From Mycoplasmatota bacterium (GTDB lineage: Bacteria > Bacillota_I > Bacilli_A > RF39 > UBA660), in assembly GCA_022774645.1 (NCBI GenBank), contig JALFKQ010000032.1, positions 94,253 to 158,252 of the forward strand: a DNA stretch of 64,000 nucleotides, in the 5' to 3' direction. A program made the position numbers and the translations under genes. The notes beneath the pieces were generated by a model that saw only the letters and a program-made list of their open reading frames with translations, made no database searches and was not told where the DNA came from. Below, piece after piece: positions 19,961 to 28,385 of this stretch; the stretch's first letter is position 1; each line of letters begins with the position of its first letter.

Positions 19961-21523
19961 CTAAATAATTAATGTAAATAACAATATTATAAGTATTATA
20001 TATATTGATAAAGATAAACCATATGTTAATATTTTTTTAGTTTTTGAATCAACTGTGTATTCATATATTTCTACATATGGTACAGGATTTCTTCTATACC
20101 AGCCTTTAACCATAACTGTTTTTCCAAAATATTGTTCACTCTTAAATATAGCAAATAATTTATTAACAAAGTGAATGGGTTGATTATAATCTAAGAATAT
20201 AATGCCAGTTTCATCTTTAATTACAAAGTCTTCATTAAATATACATCCAGGATTTCCTCTTCCGATTATTTCTCCTTTTAATATACAAGGTATTGCTGTT
20301 ACATTTGATACTTTAACTTCGCTTAATAATTCTGAAACAGTTGTTTCTTTATAATTATTTCTATGTCTTCTTTTAAATTTAATAAATGATGTTATCACTG
20401 TAAATAATAAACAAGTAGCAATAACTTTTAAACTTTTATCACAGAAATATAATATTATACTTATTATTCCTAAAATAGATGGCATAAAGTTTACAATTAA
20501 TTCTAATAAGAAATCATCTACATAAGATTCAGGCTTTACTAAATCAAATACTATATAAGGTTCTTGATTAAATTCTTTAGATCTTTTAGATATAGCTAAT
20601 AATCTTTTAGAAATAAGAGGGTGAGTAGAGTTAAGTTCTGCCCATTTTCCCCAAGGGTTCCACATTTCCCATTTCATTGCTGATTTTATTTTATCTTTAC
20701 AAACTGTATTATTTTCTATACAATTTATAGCCATAGCTTTTGATTCTTTAACATCACTAATACCAAGAGTACTATTTTTAGATGGATTATGTTTTCCATT
20801 CTTTTTAGCTGTACTAAGTCCAAATCCTATTTTAACAAGTGCCTCTGCTAAACCATTTGGATTTTTAGTTTCATCAATAGAGAAACTATCAGCATAATAT
20901 TCTCTTGTTCTAGATAACCATAATACAATATATTCAGATATTATATAAAGAATATAAGCAATTACTGAAAACACTACTTTAACAATTGCATCATTTTTAT
21001 CATCAACATCAGAATTAGCAAACATTTCATATATTGCATAAAGTACTAATGGTATTATTTGTACTGCTGTCATAAATAACATATCATAATGTACAATATG
21101 TCCTATTTCATGAGCAACTACTGTTTTGATTTCCTCTTCATTTAGTAAATTAAATATTCCATCAGTAAGAACAATTCTTGCATCTTTTTTAGTTCTTCCA
21201 TATGTAAATGCATTTGGAGCTCCATCATGAATTATTCCTATTTTTGGATATTTAACATTATATTTATTACATAACTCTGTAATAAATGTTTTTAAATATT
21301 CTGGAATTTCTTCATTGAACTTTGCTTTATAGAACCATTTCATTGATAAATCAGTGAAGAATGGAGCTAGTAAGAATTGTAAAACTATTATACCAATAGT
21401 AATATAAATTCCTATTATTGTGTCAACTCCAGCCATATAAGTTATAGGTATAATTATGATACCAAGTAAACCATATAGACAAGTTATTGTTAGTAAAGAT
21501 ATTCCAAGTAAACTTTTTTTCAT
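19961..21523 (-). CDS. M48-family (HtpX-like) zinc metalloprotease with C-terminal extension
   Basis: HEIGHIVHYD is an HExxH motif. The protein has multiple TMs, a THPLISKRL motif, an additional soluble domain of about 130 aa, and a terminal TM. Confidence 0.8.
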   Translation of the reverse strand: MKKSLLGISLLTITCLYGLLGIIIIPITYMAGVDTIIGIYITIGIIVLQFLLAPFFTDLSMKWFYKAKFNEEIPEYLKTFITELCNKYNVKYPKIGIIHDGAPNAFTYGRTKKDARIVLTDGIFNLLNEEEIKTVVAHEIGHIVHYDMLFMTAVQIIPLVLYAIYEMFANSDVDDKNDAIVKVVFSVIAYILYIISEYIVLWLSRTREYYADSFSIDETKNPNGLAEALVKIGFGLSTAKKNGKHNPSKNSTLGISDVKESKAMAINCIENNTVCKDKIKSAMKWEMWNPWGKWAELNSTHPLISKRLLAISKRSKEFNQEPYIVFDLVKPESYVDDFLLELIVNFMPSILGIISIILYFCDKSLKVIATCLLFTVITSFIKFKRRHRNNYKETTVSELLSEVKVSNVTAIPCILKGEIIGRGNPGCIFNEDFVIKDETGIIFLDYNQPIHFVNKLFAIFKSEQYFGKTVMVKGWYRRNPVPYVEIYEYTVDSKTKKILTYGLSLSIYIILIILLFTLII

Positions 21524-21580
21524 TTTATCACTTCCTTATAATAATAATAACATAAATTTCCTTTTATTTTAAATGTATAT

Positions 21581-21609
21581 TTGACTTTGTGAAAAATTTG
21601 TGATATATT
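21581..21609 (+). promoter_or_regulatory. sigma-A type promoter for the leader-ABC transcript
   Basis: TTGACT (21581-86), a 17-nt spacer, then TGaTATATT, an extended -10 (21601-09). Confidence 0.6.
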
Positions 21610-21643
21610 CTTGTTGAATTTAAAGAGAAAGGAGTGGAGAAAA

Positions 21644-21736
21644 ATGAAGATTTTAAATTTGAATTTATATGTTTTTAATGATAAGAGTTTTAATAAAGGA
21701 AGTGGGAATCTTCAATGTTTTCCACAAACTTTATAA
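21644..21736 (+). CDS. 30-codon leader peptide ORF (MKILNLNLYVFNDKSFNKGSGNLQCFPQTL)
   Basis: Below the track's size cut-off. Strong RBS AAAGGAGTGGAG 6 nt upstream of the ATG. The ORF lies between a good promoter and an intrinsic terminator that abuts the ABC gene RBS. Confidence 0.45.
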   Translation: MKILNLNLYVFNDKSFNKGSGNLQCFPQTL

Positions 21737-21757
21737 CGGTTAATATTTAATTAGTTA

Positions 21758-21786
21758 GACTACTCTTATTTGAGTAGTCTTTTTTT
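21758..21786 (+). terminator. intrinsic terminator (putative attenuator) immediately upstream of the ABC exporter
   Basis: AGACTACTC-ttattt-GAGTAGTCT stem followed by TTTTTT. The ABC gene RBS GGAGG starts at 21787. Confidence 0.7.
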
Positions 21787-21797
21787 GGAGGTAAGAA

Positions 21798-23528
21798 ATG
21801 AAAGATTTAAAAGAATTTATGCCTCTAATTAAGTTAATGAAAGATGAAAAGGGTAAACTTATCTTAGCAAGTGTAATAGTTGTTATATGTGGTTTTTGTG
21901 AGATATTTACTGGTTATTTAAATGGTAAAAGTATTGAGTGTATTACAGAAATGAATATTAAGTATGCACTTATATATATTGGTATATATTTTCTATTAGA
22001 GATTACTACAGATGGTATACTTTATTTAAAAGCTAAATCAATATTATCAAAATTAGAAAGTGTACTTACAAGAAAATTAGAGTTTTATACATATCAAAAA
22101 GCTCTTAACTTACCAGCAGTAGCATTTGAAAAAATGTCTTCTGGTGAGATAATTAATCGTATAACAAATGATGCTAATACATTAAGTTTTGTATTTTTAA
22201 GATTATTAAATATGGTAACTGTTTTAGTTACATCATTTGTTGTATTGATATACATATTTATAAATTCTTGGATTATAGGTTTAGAAATAATAGTTTGTAT
22301 AGTTATATTATATTTAATAATAAAGAAGTATAATCCAATATTAGAAAAGATACATAAAGATAGGAAAAAGGAACAAGATAAGTTTATATCTTTAACAAAT
22401 GAGTCAATTAGAGGTATAAGAGAGATTAAAACATTAGGTGTTAAGAATAATTTAGTTAATAATGCAATTGAAATTGTAAAAAGAATATTTAATAAGTCAG
22501 CATATGAAATTGATACTAAAAAGAATTTTGATATAGGAACAAGATTTTTAAAATCAGTTCTTGAATGTGGTGTTATAGCTACTAGTATAGTGTTACTATA
22601 CTATAAACAAATTTCATTATCATTTTTAGTTTCTATGACATACTACATTTATAGATTTACTTATTTAATAGAAGATATTAATGAGTTAACTCAAACATAT
22701 CAAAAAGTAAAAGTATCTGTTTCAAGAGTTAATGATATTTTAGAAAATAGACTTTTTGAAGATGAAAAGTTCGGAGGTAAAGAATTAGAAAATGTTAAAG
22801 GGGTAATTGAATTTAAGAATGTATCATTTGCTTATCCTGATGAAGAAGATACACTTAACAACTTTAATTTAAAAGTTGAGCCAAATACAAAGATAGCTAT
22901 TGTAGGTGCTTCTGGTCAAGGTAAGAGTACATTATTTAACTTATTAACTAGAATATTTGATGTAAATAAAGGAAAGATATTTATTGATAATGTTAACATT
23001 AAAGATTTAAAAGAAAGTGAACTTAGAAAAAATATATCTATAATAAGACAAGAGCCTTTTATATTTAATAGAACAATAAAAGAGAATTTCCTTATTGTAG
23101 ATGAGAATCTTACTTTAGATGAGATTCGAAAGTATTGTAAAATGGCATACTTAGATGATTATATAATGTCACTTCCTAAAGGTTATGATACTGTTTTAGG
23201 AGAAGGTGGAGTTAATTTATCAGGTGGTCAAAAACAAAGATTATCTATTGCTAGAACTTTATCAAGAAATAGTAAGATAATATTATTTGATGAAGCTACT
23301 TCTGCTCTTGATAATAATAGTCAAAATTATATTAAGAAAACAATAGATGATTTAGTAAATGATCATACAGTCATAATAGTTGCTCATAGACTTTCCACTA
23401 TTATGGATGCTGATATTATACATGTTGTAGATCATGGTAAAGTTATAGCTACAGGTAAACATAATGAATTGTTAAAAACATGTGAATTTTATAAAAATCT
23501 ATATTTAAATGAGTCTTTAAATTCATAA
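21798..23528 (+). CDS. ABC exporter, fused permease/ATPase (type I, MsbA/LmrA/BmrCD-like half transporter)
   Basis: Six-TM N-terminal domain, Walker A GASGQGKST, signature LSGGQKQR and Walker B ILFDEATSALD. Confidence 0.9.
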   Translation: MKDLKEFMPLIKLMKDEKGKLILASVIVVICGFCEIFTGYLNGKSIECITEMNIKYALIYIGIYFLLEITTDGILYLKAKSILSKLESVLTRKLEFYTYQKALNLPAVAFEKMSSGEIINRITNDANTLSFVFLRLLNMVTVLVTSFVVLIYIFINSWIIGLEIIVCIVILYLIIKKYNPILEKIHKDRKKEQDKFISLTNESIRGIREIKTLGVKNNLVNNAIEIVKRIFNKSAYEIDTKKNFDIGTRFLKSVLECGVIATSIVLLYYKQISLSFLVSMTYYIYRFTYLIEDINELTQTYQKVKVSVSRVNDILENRLFEDEKFGGKELENVKGVIEFKNVSFAYPDEEDTLNNFNLKVEPNTKIAIVGASGQGKSTLFNLLTRIFDVNKGKIFIDNVNIKDLKESELRKNISIIRQEPFIFNRTIKENFLIVDENLTLDEIRKYCKMAYLDDYIMSLPKGYDTVLGEGGVNLSGGQKQRLSIARTLSRNSKIILFDEATSALDNNSQNYIKKTIDDLVNDHTVIIVAHRLSTIMDADIIHVVDHGKVIATGKHNELLKTCEFYKNLYLNESLNS

Positions 23529-23531
23529 TAT

Positions 23532-23557
23532 AAGATACTAGAAATAGTATCTTTTTT
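23532..23557 (+). terminator. intrinsic terminator
   Basis: AAGATACTA-gaaa-TAGTATCTT followed by a T-run. Confidence 0.8.
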
Positions 23558-23590
23558 ATTGTATAATTTTAACAGAGTAGAGGAATGTAT

Positions 23591-24985
23591 ATGAAAGAAA
23601 AAAGAATATTATTTATAACTGGAATTATTATGTTATTTTTTATGTCAGTAGGACTTTCTTATTCTTATTTTACTACAACTGTAAGTGGTAATGAAAATGC
23701 AAAAGATATGGTAGTAGAAGCAGGAACATTAAAGTTAGAATACACAGATGGACCAGAAATTACTGCTAAGAATATTAAACCTGGATGGACAATAACGAAA
23801 ACAGTATCAGTAAAAAATACTGGTACATTAGATGCAATATATAATTTAAAATGGAAAGAATTAACAAATACAATTACAAGTGATGAATTAGTATTTGATT
23901 TAAATTGTGAATCATCAACTGACACTTGTTCATATATAAATTTAGAAAATCAAGTAGTGCCATCTTCTTCTGATTTAATTATGGGAGATATAATAATATA
24001 TCCAGGTGAAATACAAACTCTTTCATTAACATTAACATTTAAGGAACTTAATAAAGATCAAAATTATAATCAAGGTAAAAAGTTAAATGGAGTATTAAAT
24101 ATTGAAGAAACAACAACTACTAATGATAACGAATACACAATGTATGCACAGGTTATAAATAAAAATAATGAACCAATAGCTAATACAACAATAGAATTAC
24201 AAAATGAATCAAAGACAGGAACAACAGATGACTCAGGTTATGTAATGATAGATGCTATTAAACCTGGCTCACATACATTACTTGTAAAAAATAGTAGTGG
24301 AAATGTATTAGATACAAGAAGAGTATCAATACAACAAAAGAAAGAATCTGATGTAATTGATAGCAAAGTAATATATGCAGATATAACATTACCTCAATTT
24401 ACCACAACAATAGTATTAAATGATTCAAATAAAATAGAAGAGATGTCTAACCTAATAACACCACCTGATGAGTGTTTTAGTGTTAGTAATGGGGCTATAA
24501 AAAAATATAATCCTAATAACAATGTTAACTGTCCATTAGAGTTAATAATACCTAGCAAAGTTAATGGAAATGTTATTACAAGTATATCAAAAGTAATGTC
24601 AAGTTGTTCATCTTATGCTGGTGCATTTGAGTCTCTTAATTTAAGAAAAATAATAATACCAAGTACAGTAATAACAATAGAAAATTTTGCATTCAAAGAT
24701 AATCAATTAACTAGTGTAATAATACCGGAAGGTGTGACGACAATAAGAACTAATGCATTTGAATATAATCAAATAACAAGTATTATAATACCTAAAAGTG
24801 TAACATCAATAGAACAATCTGCTTTTGCAAATAATAACTTCAAAATGATAAAAATTAAAGAAAAAGCAAAGAGTAGTGAATTTAGCACATATAAACCTAA
24901 TTGGGGTTGGGCAGATGATGTAACTTGTGTCAAGAATAATACTGAGAATGTAGAAAACGGTTGTATTACTTGGGGAGCTGAATAG
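23591..24985 (+). CDS. surface protein: TasA/camelysin-type (SipW-cognate-like) signal and N-domain, CarboxypepD_reg-like module, BspA-type leucine-rich repeats
   Basis: N-terminus ...GLSYSYFTTTVSGNENAKDMVVEAGTLKLEY resembles the TasA/CalY signal and N-terminal motif. TIELQNESKTGTTDDSGYVMIDAIKPGSHTL is also present. C-terminal repeats are IPSTVITIENFAFKDNQLTSVIIPEGVTTIRTNAFEYNQITSIIIPKSVTSIEQSAFANN. ATG 23591 lies 6 nt after GAGGA. Confidence 0.65.
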   Translation: MKEKRILFITGIIMLFFMSVGLSYSYFTTTVSGNENAKDMVVEAGTLKLEYTDGPEITAKNIKPGWTITKTVSVKNTGTLDAIYNLKWKELTNTITSDELVFDLNCESSTDTCSYINLENQVVPSSSDLIMGDIIIYPGEIQTLSLTLTFKELNKDQNYNQGKKLNGVLNIEETTTTNDNEYTMYAQVINKNNEPIANTTIELQNESKTGTTDDSGYVMIDAIKPGSHTLLVKNSSGNVLDTRRVSIQQKKESDVIDSKVIYADITLPQFTTTIVLNDSNKIEEMSNLITPPDECFSVSNGAIKKYNPNNNVNCPLELIIPSKVNGNVITSISKVMSSCSSYAGAFESLNLRKIIIPSTVITIENFAFKDNQLTSVIIPEGVTTIRTNAFEYNQITSIIIPKSVTSIEQSAFANNNFKMIKIKEKAKSSEFSTYKPNWGWADDVTCVKNNTENVENGCITWGAE

Positions 24986-24994
24986 TTATTTCAT

Positions 24995-25022
24995 AAGAAG
25001 GACGAATGTCTTTCTTTTTTTC
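24995..25022 (+). terminator. intrinsic terminator
   Basis: AAGAAGGAC-gaat-GTCTTTCTT (one G-U pair) followed by a T-run. Confidence 0.6.
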
Positions 25023-25069
25023 TTTTATCAAAAGTGGTTTTATAGCATATTCTATTATAGGAGGATGTC

Positions 25070-25609
25070 ATGTTTAATAATTATAAAGAGATTGTTACTA
25101 AAACTATTATAGGTAAAGGTAAAAAGGTATTTAAAAATGATTATGAAATAGTTGTTGATAAAGATATTAATAATGTACTTGGGTGTTGGGTTATTAATCA
25201 TAACTTAAGGGGTAAGAAAGATAATGATTATATTAAAATAAATGGTAGTTATGATATAAATATTTGGTATAGTTATGATAATAATACTAAAACAGATGTA
25301 GTAAGTAGAAAGATGTTTTATGAAGAAAAGGTTAAAGTTAAAGTAAGAGAGAATACTGAACTAAATGATGAATCAGAAATTATAATAAGAAGTCTTAAGA
25401 ATCCTACTTGTGTAGATGTTAGTAATGAAGATAAAACTATTAAATATACAATATCTAAGGAACTTGGTATAGAAATAGTAGGAGATGAAAAGATAAAGAT
25501 TCCTGTTTCTAATAATGAAGATGATTATGATATTATAGTTGATGAAGATGAAATAAATAATGAAATTGATAAAAGTGTTGATACAAATTATCTAGTGAAT
25601 AAACAGTGA
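25070..25609 (+). CDS. cotE: outer spore coat morphogenetic protein CotE
   Basis: YKEIVTKTIIGKGKK...LGCWVINH...YDINIWYSYDNNTKTDVV is collinear with B. subtilis CotE (YREIITKAVVAKGRK...GGWIINH...YDINVWYSYADNTKTEVV). Acidic C-terminus. Confidence 0.85.
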   Translation: MFNNYKEIVTKTIIGKGKKVFKNDYEIVVDKDINNVLGCWVINHNLRGKKDNDYIKINGSYDINIWYSYDNNTKTDVVSRKMFYEEKVKVKVRENTELNDESEIIIRSLKNPTCVDVSNEDKTIKYTISKELGIEIVGDEKIKIPVSNNEDDYDIIVDEDEINNEIDKSVDTNYLVNKQ

Positions 25610-25660
25610 AAACTGTTTTTTTAATTAATAAAATGTGTTAATATAAATATGGAGGTAGAT

Positions 25661-26152
25661 ATGAAAAAACTATTGTTATTATTAATGTCAATTGTTATGA
25701 TTTTTACTTTAAGTGGTTGTGAAAGTAGTGAGAAAGTAATTAGTATATATGGTGTTGTTAGTAAGAATGAAATTAAAGAAATGAAATATGAATATGATAA
25801 GAATTTAAATATAAGTAAACTTGCTAATGCTTTATCTTTTTGGAGTGGAGCTAATTTTTATTTAGAAACTAGTGAACCAAGTGATAATGTTTTATATGTT
25901 AATTTTTTAGGTAATTCTGATTTTGTTAAGGGTTTAGGTAATGTTAAGAGTAAAAACTTTACTTTTAAAGATGATAATGAACTTAGATTATTTATGTTAA
26001 ATAGTTTAGCATATACTATTAGAAAGAATATTAAAGAGTATGATATATATTTTACTGCTAATGGTAAAAGTATTAATGAATATTTAAGTATTGATGATAT
26101 TGATTTTACTAAAGCTTATAATACTATTGAAAATGAGTTGGTTGTTTACTAA
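25661..26152 (+). CDS. lipoprotein, unknown function
   Basis: Lipobox FTLSGC. ATG 25661 follows GGAGG. The track start 25649 overlaps the RBS. Confidence 0.6.
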   Translation: MKKLLLLLMSIVMIFTLSGCESSEKVISIYGVVSKNEIKEMKYEYDKNLNISKLANALSFWSGANFYLETSEPSDNVLYVNFLGNSDFVKGLGNVKSKNFTFKDDNELRLFMLNSLAYTIRKNIKEYDIYFTANGKSINEYLSIDDIDFTKAYNTIENELVVY

Positions 26153-26199
26153 ACTCTTTTTTGATATTATAATATGCAGTACTGATTAGGGGTGTTAAT

Positions 26200-26697
26200 A
26201 TGAAAGATAGAATAAAAGCTACTTGTTTTTTAATGGCAATGTTAACAGTATTAAATATGAGTGGTTGTGCTAAAAAAGTTAAATGTAGTGAAACTGCTAA
26301 TCATTCTCATTTATATGAATGTTCTATAGATGATGTTACCGTTAAAAGATACTTTACTTCTGAATATGAAGAGAAGAAAGAAGGGGATTTAGTTTTTGAT
26401 AGAACTAAATATTATAGTTTTAGTACTAAAAGATTAAATTTAATAATTGATAATGATCTTGCTAATATGAATGATAATTTTGAATATTTAGCTTATTTAG
26501 AAGAAAATGGATATAAAAATTCTAAGAATAAATGGATTTGTTATTGTATAGATATAGAAGATAATATTTTATGTGATGAGTTTGATGATATTGAAACTGC
26601 TGTTTCTAGTGGTTATTGTTATTTTAAATGTACTGGTAATATTGATGATATAATTTCATTAGAAAAAGGTAAAACATTGACTAAGAGTATTGGATAA
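26200..26697 (+). CDS. lipoprotein, unknown function (Cys-rich)
   Basis: Lipobox LNMSGC. No family recognised. Confidence 0.6.
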   Translation: MKDRIKATCFLMAMLTVLNMSGCAKKVKCSETANHSHLYECSIDDVTVKRYFTSEYEEKKEGDLVFDRTKYYSFSTKRLNLIIDNDLANMNDNFEYLAYLEENGYKNSKNKWICYCIDIEDNILCDEFDDIETAVSSGYCYFKCTGNIDDIISLEKGKTLTKSIG

Positions 26698-26707
26698 TAC
26701 TCTTTTT
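26683..26707 (+). terminator. intrinsic terminator
   Basis: AAGAGTATT-ggat-AATACTCTT followed by TTT. It overlaps the stop codon of the lipoprotein gene. Confidence 0.7.
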
Positions 26708-26709
26708 AA

Positions 26710-26738
26710 TTGACTTTGTGTATCAAATATGATATAAT
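26710..26738 (+). promoter_or_regulatory. near-consensus sigma-A promoter of the J-domain/repeat-protein operon
   Basis: TTGACT (26710-15), exactly 17 nt of spacer, then TATAAT (26733-38). Confidence 0.7.
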
Positions 26739-26768
26739 GTACTAAGTTTATATGGGGGATTGGTTATA

Positions 26769-28385
26769 ATGACAAATAAACAAGCAAGATTGATGTTGAA
26801 AATGGATCTCAATAAACCATTTACTAAGGAAGAATTAACATCAAAATATAGAAAGTTAATTAAAGAATGTCATCCTGATATGCATGCATCTGAGGATGAA
26901 AAAAGCATAGAATTTTATAATAAAAAGGCCACATTATTAAATGAAGCTTTTGCAGTGTTGAAATCTAGTTTAAACAATACTGATTTTATTAATAGAAAAA
27001 GTACTGTTTTAAGTATGATGAAAAGTAGATTTGAGAATTGTAAGGATTCAACTTTAAAAAGACAAATAGTTGATATTTTTTCAACAGTTGTTTTTATTGA
27101 TAGATGTAATGATGATAGTGAATTAGATAAAATGGTTAAAGCATTTAATACTTCTGTTTATGCTTGTTATCAAAAATATGAAACTGACTTTAAAATTAGA
27201 AATAGAATTCCTAGTAATTATTCTAACAATCTTAATTATGATTGTTCTTGTGATGAGTTTATTACTAGTTTAAATGAATTACAATTTTCTTATGATCGTT
27301 TAGTTCAAAATAAAATAAATGGTTCTATATACACATATTTTTCACCTTTTGATTCAGTTTTGTCATCACCTTATCTTGATAATGTAATTGATGATGTTAA
27401 ATATAAACTTCATAATTATAATTTGTCTGTAGCTTTAGAAGAAAATACTTTTGATGGTTTTACATCTTATTTAAGAAGTGTAAAAAAATATTTTGAAAGT
27501 GTTAATCTTGAATATTTTAAAATAAAAAAATTAATTAGTAAGTTACCTGGTAGTTATACTGATAGTGGTACTTTAAAATGTAGATTATTATCTAAATTAA
27601 ATGATTCAATATTTATAGGTAATTTTGATACTGTTAAGGATGAAATTGTAAATTCTGTATACAGTAAGCAAGATGAAATAGTTGCAATTAAAAAGATACA
27701 AAATTATTTAAAATTAAAATCAAGTATAGCTAGTATAAGATGTAAAACTAATCTTAAGTCTGCTGATTTAAATTATGTAAGAAAGATGACTGATAAATGT
27801 GATAATTTAATTAAAATGGCTCTTGATGGTAAATATTGTTTAGAAGATATTTCTATTCTTGAAAATATTACTTTTAGTGATCCTGTTAAGGATAAAATGA
27901 TTTTATCTTTACTTGATAATCAAAGTTTTTCTGTTTATATTAAAGCAAATGATAGATTAGAAAATGATCCTTTTGTATTAAAATCTTCTAATGATGAGTT
28001 TTTATCTGTTGATGAAGATTCTAATGTAGTTATGTCTTCATCTGAGGAAATATCTAAAGATAATGATATGCTATCATTAAATGAATTTGTTAGCTATGGT
28101 AAACCTGTGTTTAGATATATTAGTGATGGTGAAAATGTAGATGGTATTTTATATGAGTATCAAGGTTATGAACTTGTATATAGTTATAATGAAAGAACTG
28201 GTATTATTGAAAGTGTATATGTAAGACCAGTTACTAATCATTTTGGATATAATTATGGTGAGAAGTTTGATATTACTAGTATAATAAATTATCATGTTAA
28301 GAAAATGTTTAAACCATATGTTAGAAAAATACAAAAGAAAAGTAATAATTATAAAACATTGAAAATACAAAAAGTGGGGAAATAA
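26769..28385 (+). CDS. J-domain (DnaJ-like) protein with a large uncharacterised C-terminal region
   Basis: Residues of about 20-70, ELTSKYRKLIKECHPDMH...ATLLNEAFAVLKS, form J-domain helices II/III with the HPD tripeptide. There is no Gly/Phe or zinc-finger region as in true DnaJ. ATG 26769 lies 10 nt after GGGGGA. Confidence 0.8.
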   Translation: MTNKQARLMLKMDLNKPFTKEELTSKYRKLIKECHPDMHASEDEKSIEFYNKKATLLNEAFAVLKSSLNNTDFINRKSTVLSMMKSRFENCKDSTLKRQIVDIFSTVVFIDRCNDDSELDKMVKAFNTSVYACYQKYETDFKIRNRIPSNYSNNLNYDCSCDEFITSLNELQFSYDRLVQNKINGSIYTYFSPFDSVLSSPYLDNVIDDVKYKLHNYNLSVALEENTFDGFTSYLRSVKKYFESVNLEYFKIKKLISKLPGSYTDSGTLKCRLLSKLNDSIFIGNFDTVKDEIVNSVYSKQDEIVAIKKIQNYLKLKSSIASIRCKTNLKSADLNYVRKMTDKCDNLIKMALDGKYCLEDISILENITFSDPVKDKMILSLLDNQSFSVYIKANDRLENDPFVLKSSNDEFLSVDEDSNVVMSSSEEISKDNDMLSLNEFVSYGKPVFRYISDGENVDGILYEYQGYELVYSYNERTGIIESVYVRPVTNHFGYNYGEKFDITSIINYHVKKMFKPYVRKIQKKSNNYKTLKIQKVGK

